Shown: piece after piece, positions 13,730 through 26,062 of the stretch
Layout: every line of letters starts with the position of its first letter
Numbering within the stretch: position 1 is the first letter of the stretch
Origin: Felis catus
Taxonomy: Eukaryota
DNA: 64,000 nucleotides
Assembly: GCF_018350175.1 (NCBI RefSeq)
Contig: NC_058368.1
Location: 132,310,001-132,374,000, forward strand
Direction of reading: 5' to 3'
Made by a program: the position numbers and the translations under genes
The notes under the pieces: generated by a model
Told to the model about the DNA's origin: nothing
Seen by the model: only the letters and a program-made list of their open reading frames with translations
The model's database searches: none

Positions 13730-13947
13730 ATTTAAAAAAAAAAAATTGTTTAACGTTTATTTATTTGAAGGAGACAGAGCGTGAGTGGGGGAAGACAAAG
13801 AGAGAGAGAGAGACACAGAATCCAAAGCAGGCTCCAGGCTGTGAGCTGTCAGCACAGAGCCCGATGTGGGGCTCAAACTCATGTATCGTGAGATCATGAC
13901 CTGAGCTGAAGTCAGATGCTTAACCAACTGAGCCACTCAGGCGCTCC
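13730..13947 (-). mobile_element. CAN-SINE
   Basis: Antisense SINE body ending GAGCCACTCAGGCGCTCC; flanked by AACACCA(C/T)TT. Confidence 0.92.
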
Positions 13948-14639
13948 AACACCATTTCAAATAAACAAATAATTTGTTGGGTTTATGTACCTCCTTTCGC
14001 AGGTTATGCCTTTGATAATATTCAGCCCTTTATCTAAATGACATGAATTATCTCAAGAAAGTTACTCACTTGTATTTTCGAATGCCTAAAACCTAAGACC
14101 AACCATATGTATACTACTTGATTAAATGACATATTTATTATTATTATTATTATGTGAACATTTTACATGATATTTCTCACAGATGTCTCATGGTTATCTG
14201 CCTAATGAATATGAGATACTTTTAGCTACTAATTCCTATCATAAGTCAGAGGCTGCCACTGTTTTTGCCCATAGAATTATTAAAGATTTACCATTAGTTT
14301 ATAAAATATTTCTACAGCTATTTGCCTCATAATATGAGTTTTCCATTCATTCTAGTATATGTGCTGCCAAAGCCAGCACAAGTTTTCCATTCATTCTAAT
14401 AGGGTATTTCTATTGGGAAGCACAGAGATAATTAGCTAGAAACACCCTTTGCTCTTCCAAAATTGTCCCGAAATCATTACAAAATACTGATCTACCTGAC
14501 AAGATTGAAATTTCCATATCGAAATTATAAAAATCTACGAATACAGGATTTTCACTCCTTTCTAATCATGAACAGTCTCAATTCAACAGATTATCATATT
14601 TGTCCTCTAGGCCGTTTCTCATTATCTCAATACTTTTCC

Positions 14640-14861
14640 ATCTTTTTTTTTTTATGCTTATTTTTTTATTTTGAGAGAGAGAGAGTAAGAGCACATGCTC
14701 ACAAACCAGGGAGGGGCAGAGAGAGGGAGGAAGAGAATCCCAAGCAGGCTCCACACTGTGAGCACAGAGCCTGACACAAGGCTCGAACCCACGAACTGCA
14801 CGATCATGACCTGAGCCAAAATCAAGAATCAGACACTTAACTGAAAGCCTCCCAGACAACC
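14640..14861 (-). mobile_element. CAN-SINE
   Basis: Antisense body; TSD TCCATCTTTT. Confidence 0.9.
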
Positions 14862-15239
14862 CTCCATCTTTTGATTAAGTAACTTTCTCTCTGTCTTGTC
14901 ACTAAGGTGTGATATATTTATTTACAATGAATAAACTGTTACTACATTTTTACACATTCACCAAAGTAATATATTATATTTTGAAATGCTGCCTTTTAAT
15001 TACCAATGTATTTTGAACATCATTCCAGATATAGTAAAAGATGTAAAGTTATTTCTATAAACAGGCCTTATATTGTAAATAATATAAAATGGGCTGATTA
15101 ATCAAAGTTCCAGAGTATACTAAATTTACCTAATTAATAAATACCACCATGAAAGATATATTGTCTTCTTTAGGGAGTAAATAACAAGAATCCTATTTTT
15201 CCATTGTAGCTCTATGAAAAAAAACGTACCATATATTTT

Positions 15240-15300
15240 TTTAAAGGTTTTAAATTTATTTATTTCGAGAGACATGGACAGTTTGGGGGGGCGCAGAGAA

Positions 15301-15347
<47 letters not shown>

Positions 15348-15473
15348 CCCAAGCAGGCTCTGCACTGTCAGTGCAGAGCCCAATGTGGGGCTTGAATCCA
15401 TGAACTGTGAGATCACGACCTGAGCTAAAACCAAGAATTGAACACTTAACCAACTAAGCCACCCAGGGACCCT
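15240..15473 (-). mobile_element. CAN-SINE with expanded (GA)n
   Basis: Antisense body; TSD CCATATATTTTT. Confidence 0.92.
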
Positions 15474-16619
15474 ACATGCCATATATTTTTAACATTAAAA
15501 TATTTACAGCCATTACAGCACCTAAAACAAAATGGATAAAAGTTTTGAATAAAAAAGTTGTTTCCTAAAAAATAAAATAACAGGTTGCTCTTTGTTTAGA
15601 AAACAAACTACATCACTATAAAAATACAACTTTCTCTAGGATTGAGAAAAAAATATTTGACATCAACATATAATGGAAATGACTTACAAACAATGAAAAC
15701 TTGATCAGTCCATTTTATATTATTTATAATACAAGGCCAGTTTATACAAATAACTTTATACCATTTAACACATCTAGATTTTTTACTTTCTGAATTTTTT
15801 ACTATAGGATCTTTTTAGTTTTATAGAACATTGTAGACCACAACAGCTCTTTGCCTCAAAAAAAAGTACATAGCTTATTTTGTCTTCTTCCTCAAAAACC
15901 TCAAAACCAAAGAAGCTATTTAAAGCAAAAAAGGAAAAGCATAATACACATGCAAAGCATTGCTCAATAGGAAGAAAAAATTTTCTATTGTAAGTATATG
16001 AGTCTTTAAATCTAGCCACAAGCAACCAATATCTAGTTCTGTTAGGCAGTAGTTTGGTACTCAATTTGCAAAGATAAATAATTTTTATTTATGGTCAGGC
16101 AAACTATTTAACAATATTCATTTGGAAAGCTTGGCTGCATTTTTAAAAAGCATATGAAAGGGCTACTTTTAGAAAAAAAAAAAAACATCACCACAGTACT
16201 TTACCACTTGTACATAGAATAATATGTTTAATGTGATCATTTCTTTTTTTATTGATATTTACCATCAAACCAATTAATAAGCAACAACTGTCATGTCTCT
16301 TCTAAGTGTAGTTACAAGAAAGAGGAGAAAGAGGTCACATTAAGTATCCTTCTGATTTAATGAAACATCAAACACTGTCTTATTAACAGGAACTGAGTAT
16401 AACTCAAATTACATTACCTCTGTCAAATCACCTAGACACATTTGCCATAAGTACTAATCCTAAGTCAGAATTTCTCAGTCAGAAAAAAAAAAGAATGAAA
16501 AAAAAAGGCACGTTTACCTAATGAGCTATTGGAACAATAAATAGTTCAAATGCCTTGTGAGCAGCTTGATATTATCAGTGAGGATATACAATGTTACAAA
16601 AATTTCACATGTCCCATAG

Positions 16620-17310
16620 CCACTTATTCTAACTTTCTAAATGTAAACCTCAGCTCATATTTAATCCGAATCCTTCATGCTGCAGGTTCAATTGATTTCT
16701 TTTTGTTTGACCTTCATTGAAGATTGAGAACATCTGGTCTCCATCCTTTATGCATAAGTTAAATACCTCTAAATCTTCTCTTCTCTGGAATAATAATAAT
16801 CCCTGCTACTTAAGAATTTTTCTTTTAGGTTTCTTTCAACCCTTTAATCATCTTTGTGGTCCTTCTCTGAACTTTTTCCAAGTTCTCCACGTCCTTCCTT
16901 AGTGGTAGAGCCCAGAACTAGAAACAATGCTCTCACAAGGGCCTGACCAGCAGCAAGTACTACAGGGGAAAATAACCTCAAGTTTCCTGCATTCTTAATT
17001 CTTATTTATGTGACCTTGTGTTGTGTTTGCTTTCACCATAACACTACATTGTTAACTCATACCAATCTTGTTATTCCTTTACTATTAAGGGGGTTTCCAA
17101 CTCTACTTAAACATAGTTATCCGTCCTCTGGATTATATACTATTTTTTCTCTCCAACCATAATGCTTTATATTTGTCCCCAGCTACATTTCATTATCCTA
17201 CTTTCTATTCAGTATTTCAATTTGTTAAATTTAGTCTAACACTACTATCTACAGTGATACAAGGCACTGATTCCTCTTACTCCATTTCTCTGGAATTGCC
17301 AAAAATTTAT
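16620..17310 (-). mobile_element. Ancient CR1/L3 LINE fragment (RT 3' region)
   Basis: ATCTTTGTGGTCCTTCTCTGAACTTTTTCCAAGTTCTCCACGTCCTTCCTTAGTGGTAGAGCCCAGAACTAGAAACAATGCTCTC...GGCCTGACCAG resembles the antisense CR1/L3 ORF2 C-terminal region. Confidence 0.65.
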
Positions 17311-17329
17311 TAAGAATATTACAACATCT

Positions 17330-17534
17330 GAGGCTCCTGGGTGGCTCAGTTGGTTAAGTGTCCATCTCTTGATTTCACCTCAGGTCATGATCTCAGAGTA
17401 TGTGAATTCAAGCCCCATGTCCTGCTCTGTGCTGACAGGGCTGAGCCTGCTTGGTATTCTCTCTCTCCCTCTCTCTGCACCCCGCCCCACTCTCTCTCTC
17501 TCTCTCTCAAAATAAATAAATAAACTTTGAAGGA
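17330..17534 (+). mobile_element. CAN-SINE
   Basis: Sense body; 18-bp TSD AAGAATATTACAACA(T/C)CT. Confidence 0.93.
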
Positions 17535-18265
17535 AAGAATATTACAACACCTAATCATTATCTGTTTACAAGAGGGACTACTTAAGTTTTCGAAAAATTG
17601 AGTGCTAGAACTCATCACTGTCTGAAAAAACTGTGCTTGCATAGGCCTTGTTACATTAGCTCCTCACCTTCAGGTCCCAGCCCAACACTAACTGCCTTAG
17701 GGACTAGATGATATAAGGTGTGAAAAACCAAAATGCTTTCATAACTTCATAAAGTCTCAGAGACTTTAAAATTTAAAATTTCACAATATGGGGATCAGTT
17801 CCTCTTGCAGAAGTTTACTGATAAATATTTTTTTTAAAAAGCACTTTTGTAATGAACTTAGTACATGTGGAGCTATGCCAGATAAAATAAAATGATAAAA
17901 TAAAAATGTAAACCGATCTTGTGTCTACTGCATAGGAGCTAGATATTTAAACAATTTACTAACATGGAAGCACAGGTAGCCAGGTAAAATCCAAGAAATC
18001 ATCTATTGCTATCACACAAACATGAATTACATATCATACATAGATCAAGAGAAAATGCACTTAAGAGATGGAAGACAAGGACCACTACTTAATTGCCATG
18101 AAGAAATCATGGTGTTCTATGTTCTATCTGAACAAAGCTGTTCCAAACCTGTAAAAATGCCTGGTGAGTACTAACACTGTTCTCTACAAATTACAGAAAT
18201 AAAAGGCATTTGTAAGTGATAAAACAAGAAACGAAGTTACTTTACTGTTTAAAATTAAAATGGTA

Positions 18266-18444
18266 GGGGCGCCTGGGTGACTCAGTCAGTTAAGCATCCA
18301 ACTTCGGTTCAGATCTCGCGGTCTGTGACTTCAAGCCTAGCCTTGGGCTCTGTGGTGACAGCTCAGAGCCTGGAGCCTGCTTCGGATTCTGTGTCTCCCT
18401 CTCTCTCTTCCCCTCCCCCGCTCATGCTCATGCTCATGCTCATG

Positions 18445-18481
<37 letters not shown>

Positions 18482-18508
18482 AAAAATAAATAAACATTTA
18501 AAAATTTT
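18266..18508 (+). mobile_element. CAN-SINE with internal (CTCATG)4 expansion
   Basis: GGGGCGCCTGGGTG head; TSD AAATTAAAATGGTA. Confidence 0.93.
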
Positions 18509-18604
18509 AAATTAAAATGGTAAACAAAAGAGGAATTAAAAATGATTAAATGTATTAGGAAGATGAGCCTACTTAAATCAGTATTTTTATGATTTAAAAT
18601 AGTG

Positions 18605-18790
18605 TTTTTTTTTTTAATTTATGTTTATTTTTGAGAGAGAGACAGAGAATGAGTCGGGGAAAGGCAGAGAGAGAGAGGGAGACACAGAATCCGAAGCGGG
18701 CTCCAGGCTCTGAGCTGTCAGCACGGAGCCCAATGCAGGGCTTGAACTCAAGAACTCAAGAACTCAAGAACTGAGCCACCGAGGCACCCA
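18605..18790 (-). mobile_element. CAN-SINE with internal deletion
   Basis: Antisense body; TSD TAAAATAGTG; central part replaced by a (GAACTCAA)n repeat. Confidence 0.9.
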
Positions 18791-19047
18791 TAAAATAGTG
18801 GTTTTATCAGTAAAATTAAAATCAGTGGTTTAAATCAGTAAAATTATTACCCGTAAGAGAAATAAATAAAAGAGATTGTCTAAAATTAACAAATCAGAAA
18901 GTTGTGGTAAAATCATATTATTTAGAGATCGAGTACTAACTCTTAGAAGTAACATCAGGGAAAGGATGTGGCAAGAGACTATTCTTCATTACCATAATAA
19001 CATACTATTTTAGTGTTAAAAAATTAACAAAAAAATCCTGTTATATA

Positions 19048-19165
19048 CACTTGCCATGATGAGCACTACGTAATTTACAGAATTGCTGAATCACTATATT
19101 GTATACCTGAAACTAATATAACACTGTGTGTTAACTATACTGGAATTTACAAACTAAAAAAAAAA
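19048..19165 (+). mobile_element. Carnivore L1 extreme 3'-end insertion
   Basis: GATGAGCACT...GAATCACTATATTGTATACCTGAAACTAATATAACACTG + A tail; TSD AAAAAAATCCT(G/T)TTATATA. Confidence 0.85.
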
Positions 19166-20227
19166 AAATCCTTTTATATACAAGGTTCTAAAACATAGTC
19201 CATGGTCAAAAGAAATTTAGAATATATTAGGTGATGAAAAATACAAATAAATGTTAATATGATAGTATTCAATAATCACAGAGAGCCATTAACGGTTTTT
19301 TTAGCCTAAAAACTGGGCAAGAGCCCCCAGGCATATATATAATTGCCATTCTCTCATAAACCACTTGTGTATATATGAAACTTAAGATCTCCTATTTTGA
19401 TTCTTCTTCTAATTAAAAAGTAGAGTAAAACTGTCACCCTCATTTGAAGAATACTGTATTTCAAATAAGCATAATGATAACATTGCACTCACAAAAAATT
19501 CAACCTACTCATCTTAGCCTTATGATTCAAAATGATCTGTCCCTGCCTCTCAGAACTATGTTTCTTTGCACTCATATTAACTATACATACCAACCTACAT
19601 TCTTCCCCAAACATGCAAGGTTTATTTCTACCTAAGAATTCTTCCCCATATCTTCATAAGAATGAATGAAACTTACCTTATTAGTATATTCCTGCATTCC
19701 ATATTCAGTGCCATAGTAATAACAAGCTTAACATTATGTTGTTGCCTACAAGATATGTGCTGGCCTGAAATATTGTTAGTATTAAGGAAATGACTTGAAA
19801 TAATATGATATTTGTGCAAAGGGTTAATAGTTCCCATAGGAATTTTCTCTTTCCATTTCACAACAACCGTCACAGTGTAGAAAGCAAAGAGGTATTACTT
19901 TCATTCTATGATTGAGCAAACTGGGATTTACAGAAGTCAAAGATTTTACCAAAGGCCAAATGGCTAGTAAACAGGGTGAGATTTTAACTCACCAATTTTG
20001 AAAAACAGTCTAGTGCCCTTATCATTTGTTAAAAGTGACACACTGAAAATTTTTACTTTTGGAAGGCAGAAAATTTGAAGTTTCTTGTCTCTAGTCCTGA
20101 ATTACTATTGAACTTTGGGTAAACATGAACTCTCACTATTCTGTAATTCCTAAATAAAATGACTCTGATATCTGCCAGTGATTCACATTTGGAAAAGGTG
20201 TAAATGTCCTCCGATAAAAAACTGTGA

Positions 20228-20470
20228 GGGGTGCCTGGATGGCTCAGCTGGTTAAGTGACTGACTCTTGATTTCGGCTCAGGTCATGATCTCAGTATGTG
20301 AGTTTGAGCCCCATGTTGGGCTCTGCGTTGACACTGTGGAGCCTGTTTGGGACTCTCTGTCTCCCTGGGTGGCTCAGTTGGTTAAGCCCTTGACTCTTGG
20401 TTTTGGCTCACGTCATAATCTCATGGTTTGTGAGTTTGAGCCCCACATCCAGCTCTGAGCTGACAGGGGA
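20228..20470 (+). mobile_element. Two tandem partial CAN-SINE heads
   Basis: Head CCTGG(A/G)TGGCTCAG at ~20234 and again at ~20365; neither copy has a CT tract or tail. Confidence 0.85.
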
Positions 20471-23204
20471 CTGGGGAAAAATAGTAACTACAGTTCCTAG
20501 TTGCTTTGTGGATAAACTTGGGTACTGCATATATATTGTGCATAATAGCACAATAGTGTTTAATAAATATTATTGATATTTCAATTATTGTTGCTTTTGT
20601 TAAAGAGAATAAATAGGTATAAACTCATTGATTAGGTTAGTCTCATTCAGTGATTAATGGAAATTGGTCTTTCCAATCATGTTTGATAATACTAGTAGTT
20701 TCTTTTTCTTTCATCTCTTTATTAAAACTTAATCGCAAATTCCAAATTTTACATCAGTAAATTGCATAATTTAGAAATAACAGCAACTTTCATTAAAGAT
20801 TATAAAGCAGTTAGCAATATCCTACTTTGTGTAGATTCTCACTTAATTTAATTCACAAAGCAGACACTGAAAGATGATATTTGTAGTATTATAATGTAGC
20901 TAATACCAAACTAGAAACTACCTTGCAATTTATTCTGAATCTTCAGTAAGGTTTCCTTGGAGCTTGCCAACCTAAAAACTTACTAGCCCTAATGTAGCGT
21001 AAGATAAATGAAGTGTCAGGAAAGATTTTGTGGCAAGTATGAAGGCCTATTTGGCTGGTAAATTTTCTCCATCTGCCAATTTACAGAATTCTCATCCTTT
21101 CTTCCAGAAAAAAATCATTCTTTTTGTTTCCTGAGCACTGTAAAAGTAGTCAACTTATTTTTTTTTTATTAGACTGGCTATAAATCAAATTTGAAATCCC
21201 CAAAGTACTCTTGCTGTTTTTTGGCCAAATCTAGTATATCTCCTAATTTATTTCTCTTGTTCCTTACCACTTACATTATTTCCAAGGCTAAAAAATTTTT
21301 TGAGCAGAAGTCCTGATGGCCCCTCTTGGGGATTTATCCAAAGGTGTGTAGCAATGTGATGTGGAGATGTTCTGCCACAAAATAGTCCCATAATGATGTG
21401 AACATCAACATGAACATAATGTGAAAATGAATCATTATATGAATAGTTAAAAGACATGATGACAATGATATGCTAAAACTATGCAAAGACAAGGCAATAA
21501 TCCAAGTTAAAGGGTTTTCTTGGTTTTTTGGTTTTTTTTTTTTTTAGACACAAAGAGCAAGATTCTCATATTCAGAATGGCCCTCCAAATAACGAAACAG
21601 TTAAAAAATTTATCTTCACTTAGGGTTTCAAATTTCATTATCAACTCACTCAGTTCCTATGGTATATAGGACATGATTTTACTCTTACCAAAGAATCATT
21701 ATAGTAAAAGGGAATTTTAACTGTGACACCCACATCTGGGTGAACCAAGAAAAAAAGTGACCAAAGTATAAATAGTCTTCTTCTCACTCAAATCAAATAC
21801 CTTCTCTAAATCCACCTTAGCCTGTCATGGCATTTAGACACGTAGATTTCAAAATAGTGACCACTTAAGAAATAAGACATTAGACAAACAGAATTAGACT
21901 TACTCTGCCCTAGCAAATAATAAAACAAAGAATAAATGAGGGAATTCAAACACTATCTCTAAAGCATGGCCAAGATGCAGTTTTAATTTCATTAGCATTA
22001 CCAATTTCATTTTGACTAAATTTTTGGAGTTTGTGCCAGTATTACATTAGGACTAGGAACATGTATAATAAAATTAATAATACACACTCTTCAGGTATAA
22101 TATTATTTAAGAAAATATGTCTAGAATCTGTAATTGCTGTCATAAACTTGGATTATATATTTTCATTCTGTTTATTTTACAAATTGCTTCTTTTATCTCC
22201 TAATTCCTCACCCCTAGCTCAAACACAAACACACACATGTACACAATAAAACGAGGCTAAAAAACCATTTATGTGAAGGGGAGTTTTTTTTTTCTTAGTA
22301 CCATGGCCCCTACTTTTAGTAGACATATTTTTATCTTACATTTAAAGGAGTAAAAACTTATACCACTTCGTGCTTGTTCCAACAGCACACACACTTTTTA
22401 AAAAATCACACCATTTGAAGGTTTTGTCAATTTATTTCATACATCCAACTCATTAAAATGATATTTGTTTTGCACACTTCACTGCCAGAAAAATACAAGG
22501 AATCACACAGACACACACACAAATGGAGAGCAAGACACAGACACTTGTAATAATAATCCACTGAAATATCCTCTGTTGCAAGTATTCTATATTGAAAATA
22601 AGACATTCCTATTGACTTCTTGCTAACCAGCTGTTCTCCTTCAAAAGAGCCCTGATCTCAGCAAACAGGAGATCTCATCTTGCTCTTGGTTGTGGTGTGT
22701 CATTGAACCTCTCTATGATTATGTCAAATGAGGACTGCTCTTCTTTCCCCTCATTTATTTCAAAAGCATATTCCCTAAGAACGGAAGGCACACAGCATGA
22801 AAAGAACAACCAAACAATAAGACTCCACCTTCCAGACCCAGAGAGTAGCTGACTCGGTTCTTATTGTAGGGACAATATTTTGCACCTTTCTTGTTTAGTA
22901 TTTAATATCTTTTATTTATATGCATTTTTATCCCTTCCAAGGATACCCTCTGTGTAAGTCTTTTCCAATTCATTCAAGCCAATGACACCATAATAACACT
23001 TATCACTTTGCTCAAACTCTATCTTGCTGGGGAAGCTGGAATTTATTTGGGATTTTAAGTTCCAACCAAATATTGATGCAGCTGCTCCCTGAAGTTTTAG
23101 GGTATGTTAAAATTGTGTGTTTTGGAGAATGAACATTGAAGGTGTTCAGCTTTCTATCTTTGTTTCCTTCTATGTCTCAACTCACTTTTATTTAGCTTTA
23201 TACT

Positions 23205-23302
23205 TTTTTAAGTAAGCTCTACAGCCATAACGGGGCTTGAACTCACAACCCCAAAATGAAGAAGAGTCACATGCTCTACCGACTGAGCCATCCAGGTGCC
23301 TC
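23205..23302 (-). mobile_element. Short/old CAN-SINE
   Basis: GGGGCTTGAACTCACAACCCC...CTCTACCGACTGAGCCATCCAGGTGCC; TSD TATTTAGCTTT. Confidence 0.85.
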
Positions 23303-25949
23303 TATTTAGCTTTTATTAGAAATGAAGATATCACATACTCTTCAGGAGTGCTAAGATTTTTAATGAAACAGTCTGCACTGCAGATTGGGACTCACTAACT
23401 AGGTTTGGCATAGAGTCTGCTATGGAGTGCGGGACAGGTGAAAGTAAAGGAGAATGTCAAAATAAATAAATAAATAAAAGCATCATTCATGGAATTTACT
23501 GCATTCAAAACTATGTATAAAACTACTCCATGTGTTACAATTACTTGAGCAGAAATTAGATAAGATGACTTTCTAAAAAAATTAATGAAATTGCAGATTT
23601 AAGGCAATATTGTATTTGTAATTCAGAACCAGTTTCCTTATTTTATTCATATATTGAGAGTTCACCATTACAAAGCACTGTGATTTAGTCCTTTAATCCA
23701 GAGACCTAAGAAAGATAGTGAATGCCATTAGAGTTCAGAGTAGGACCTCTCACTCAAAACAATTCCAAATTTACCTATTTAACATATAAAAATTGCTGAA
23801 GATATACCCTTAATACTGTATCTCTTTTATAAGACATATTTTTAAAGTGTTTATTATGCTGGTCTAATGCCCCTTTTGCTAGGTGTTGACCATATCTTCT
23901 TTCTACCATGTAAGCTCTTCTAAGAACTTAGTGAATTCTGTGGATCCTCAGTGATGATTTGCAGAAGAAGATTATAACATATTCAACAAAATGGAATGGA
24001 AACAACCTCTTTTGGGACCATTTAGAAGTGATTCAGCTGACCCATGAATACATATCTCTTAGTGAAAGAGGGGAAGCCAGCCTTAAAAACAAAGACTACG
24101 GGTTAGAGGGAAAAAAAAAATGTTAGTAAGAACAAGATGGCTTAAAATAGTTTATACAAACATGAAATGAATTTTGTTTGGATTCTAAATTTGCAGTGGA
24201 TTTACAACCCATCCTACTCCAAAATTCCTCTTTATAAGATGTACAATTATGCTGAGTGTCTCAGTATTCCAAAGACACTCAAATAGCTACTACCATCCAC
24301 CTTAAAAAAAATTGTTTTAAATATATACATAAATTTGGTACTCAAAGTTCAGTACCAATACCACTTCATAGAACCAGGCACCTCAGTTTCAACCTACAAC
24401 TCCCAAATTGTTTCCGTTTCTACACCACTGCAACTAACAACCCTGCCAGACTCTGCACAAAACCATTCAGTGGTTTTGTCTGATGTGGAAAAAAGTCCAT
24501 GAGGGACTAGGAGGTGCCACCAAATTCATGCCAGGATAAAGATCTAAGTCAGTTGGACTAGAAATTGGTGCCTTAACCCAACGCATCACCTTACTTGTGT
24601 TCTCTATCTTGTGGAGTAAAAATGATTTTTACCATGGTAATTTTGTATTCATCAGTCAAACAAACAAAAAAAACCCCTGCTTTGTAGGAAGTAATGCTAG
24701 TGTATCTGAAGGAACCATTCTGGTAGATTTTTGGAAGATTTCATTTTTCTCATGTTAAAACTTTGGCTGCATAGTGATCAATAGAGATCAATGAAGAGAA
24801 CATGAAGCAAGTGTGTCAGATCTGAGTTCTAGTCCTGCTGCCACCAGTAACTAATTATAGTCTCTTTGGCATGTCACCTCACTGTGCCATAATCTTCCCA
24901 CCCTGGCTCGCAACTTCATGGCATTACCAGGAGAGCCAGATGAAATATTCCAAAGAAACAAAAAAGTACTTACTGAACTTAATAAATTAACCAATCAAAA
25001 TTAATAAAATAACTTAATTTCATTTTTTTTTAACCCAGGGAGAATTCTCTCAAGGAATATTATTTGTCTTCCAGAAAAAATTACCCAAGGCTAAGTACTA
25101 TTCTGAGACTGTTTCCTTAAAAACCAAATTATAAATCTAGAAAAGTAAACATGGCTCAAAATCATATTCTATAAATACTTAGTGTATTAACTCAACAATG
25201 AAAAATAGAGCTTGAAGAGTACTCCCTATGTTTCAGATGACAGTTGCCATAATAGCAGGAATTACTAGGCTCAATTCTTCCAATCACAATTTCTCTTCTC
25301 TCTTGCTAACCTTTCACTGACTTCAGAAGAGATTTTTGCCTTCAGTGGGGGGAGAGACAAATAGAACTCAGTCTACATTTTTAACTCCAGGTCAGAAGTC
25401 ACTTATGAATGTGATTTTAAAACCAAATAAAGCTATCCTATTTCAGTAGAGAAGCTTTTTTTAAAAGGAAGCTTTTAAATATCTCTGTATAAAAATTTTT
25501 TTTCTGTAAATTTGGCATCAAAGAATGTAGAAGGAATACATAACAAACCCCAATTTATCCAAAATTCAAAAGGTTTAAAACAACCAGCATCTTTCCATGG
25601 TATGGTATAATCTGGATTTCATAAAGATGTCCCCAAGTCAAAGCGGGAGCCTGCCAGAATTTCTGATTCATCATATATTAAATTATACTCAAAGTAATTT
25701 TCATATTAAATACTGTGAATGCATACTAAAACATGGATTAAAACAGTATAATTCTCATGTAAATAAAATACCTAATATTCCATCTTTTTGGAAAAAAAAC
25801 AGAATACTATAGTACATTACTAATATAATTTAAACATAAGCTGCTTCAAATGCTGGTTTGTCTATTTTTCTATATTTAAGTCAATATAAGATACTAATAT
25901 AGTTTAAGCTATGGCCAACAGGTTGTAACAAGAGCTCCAAACTCTTCTT

Positions 25950-26062
25950 TTTTAGGTTTTTAATTTTAATTTCAGTATAGTTAGCATATAGTGTTATATT
26001 AGTTTCAGGTATACAATATATAGTGATTCAACAAATCTATACATTACTCAGTGTTCATCAGC
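25950..26062 (-). mobile_element. Carnivore L1 3'-end fragment
   Basis: AGTGTTATATTAGTTTCAGGTATACAA...AGTGATTCAAC is the reverse complement of the L1 3' end seen at 19048. Confidence 0.8.

Noticed and set aside
14070..14092. Possible 23-nt minus-strand microexon (tcttag|...|gtgagt)
   Set aside because: Weak pyrimidine tract and no supporting evidence; expected by chance.
21390..21480. ATGATG/ATGA-rich stretch resembling a C/D box snoRNA
   Set aside because: No properly placed D box (CTGA) and no terminal stem.
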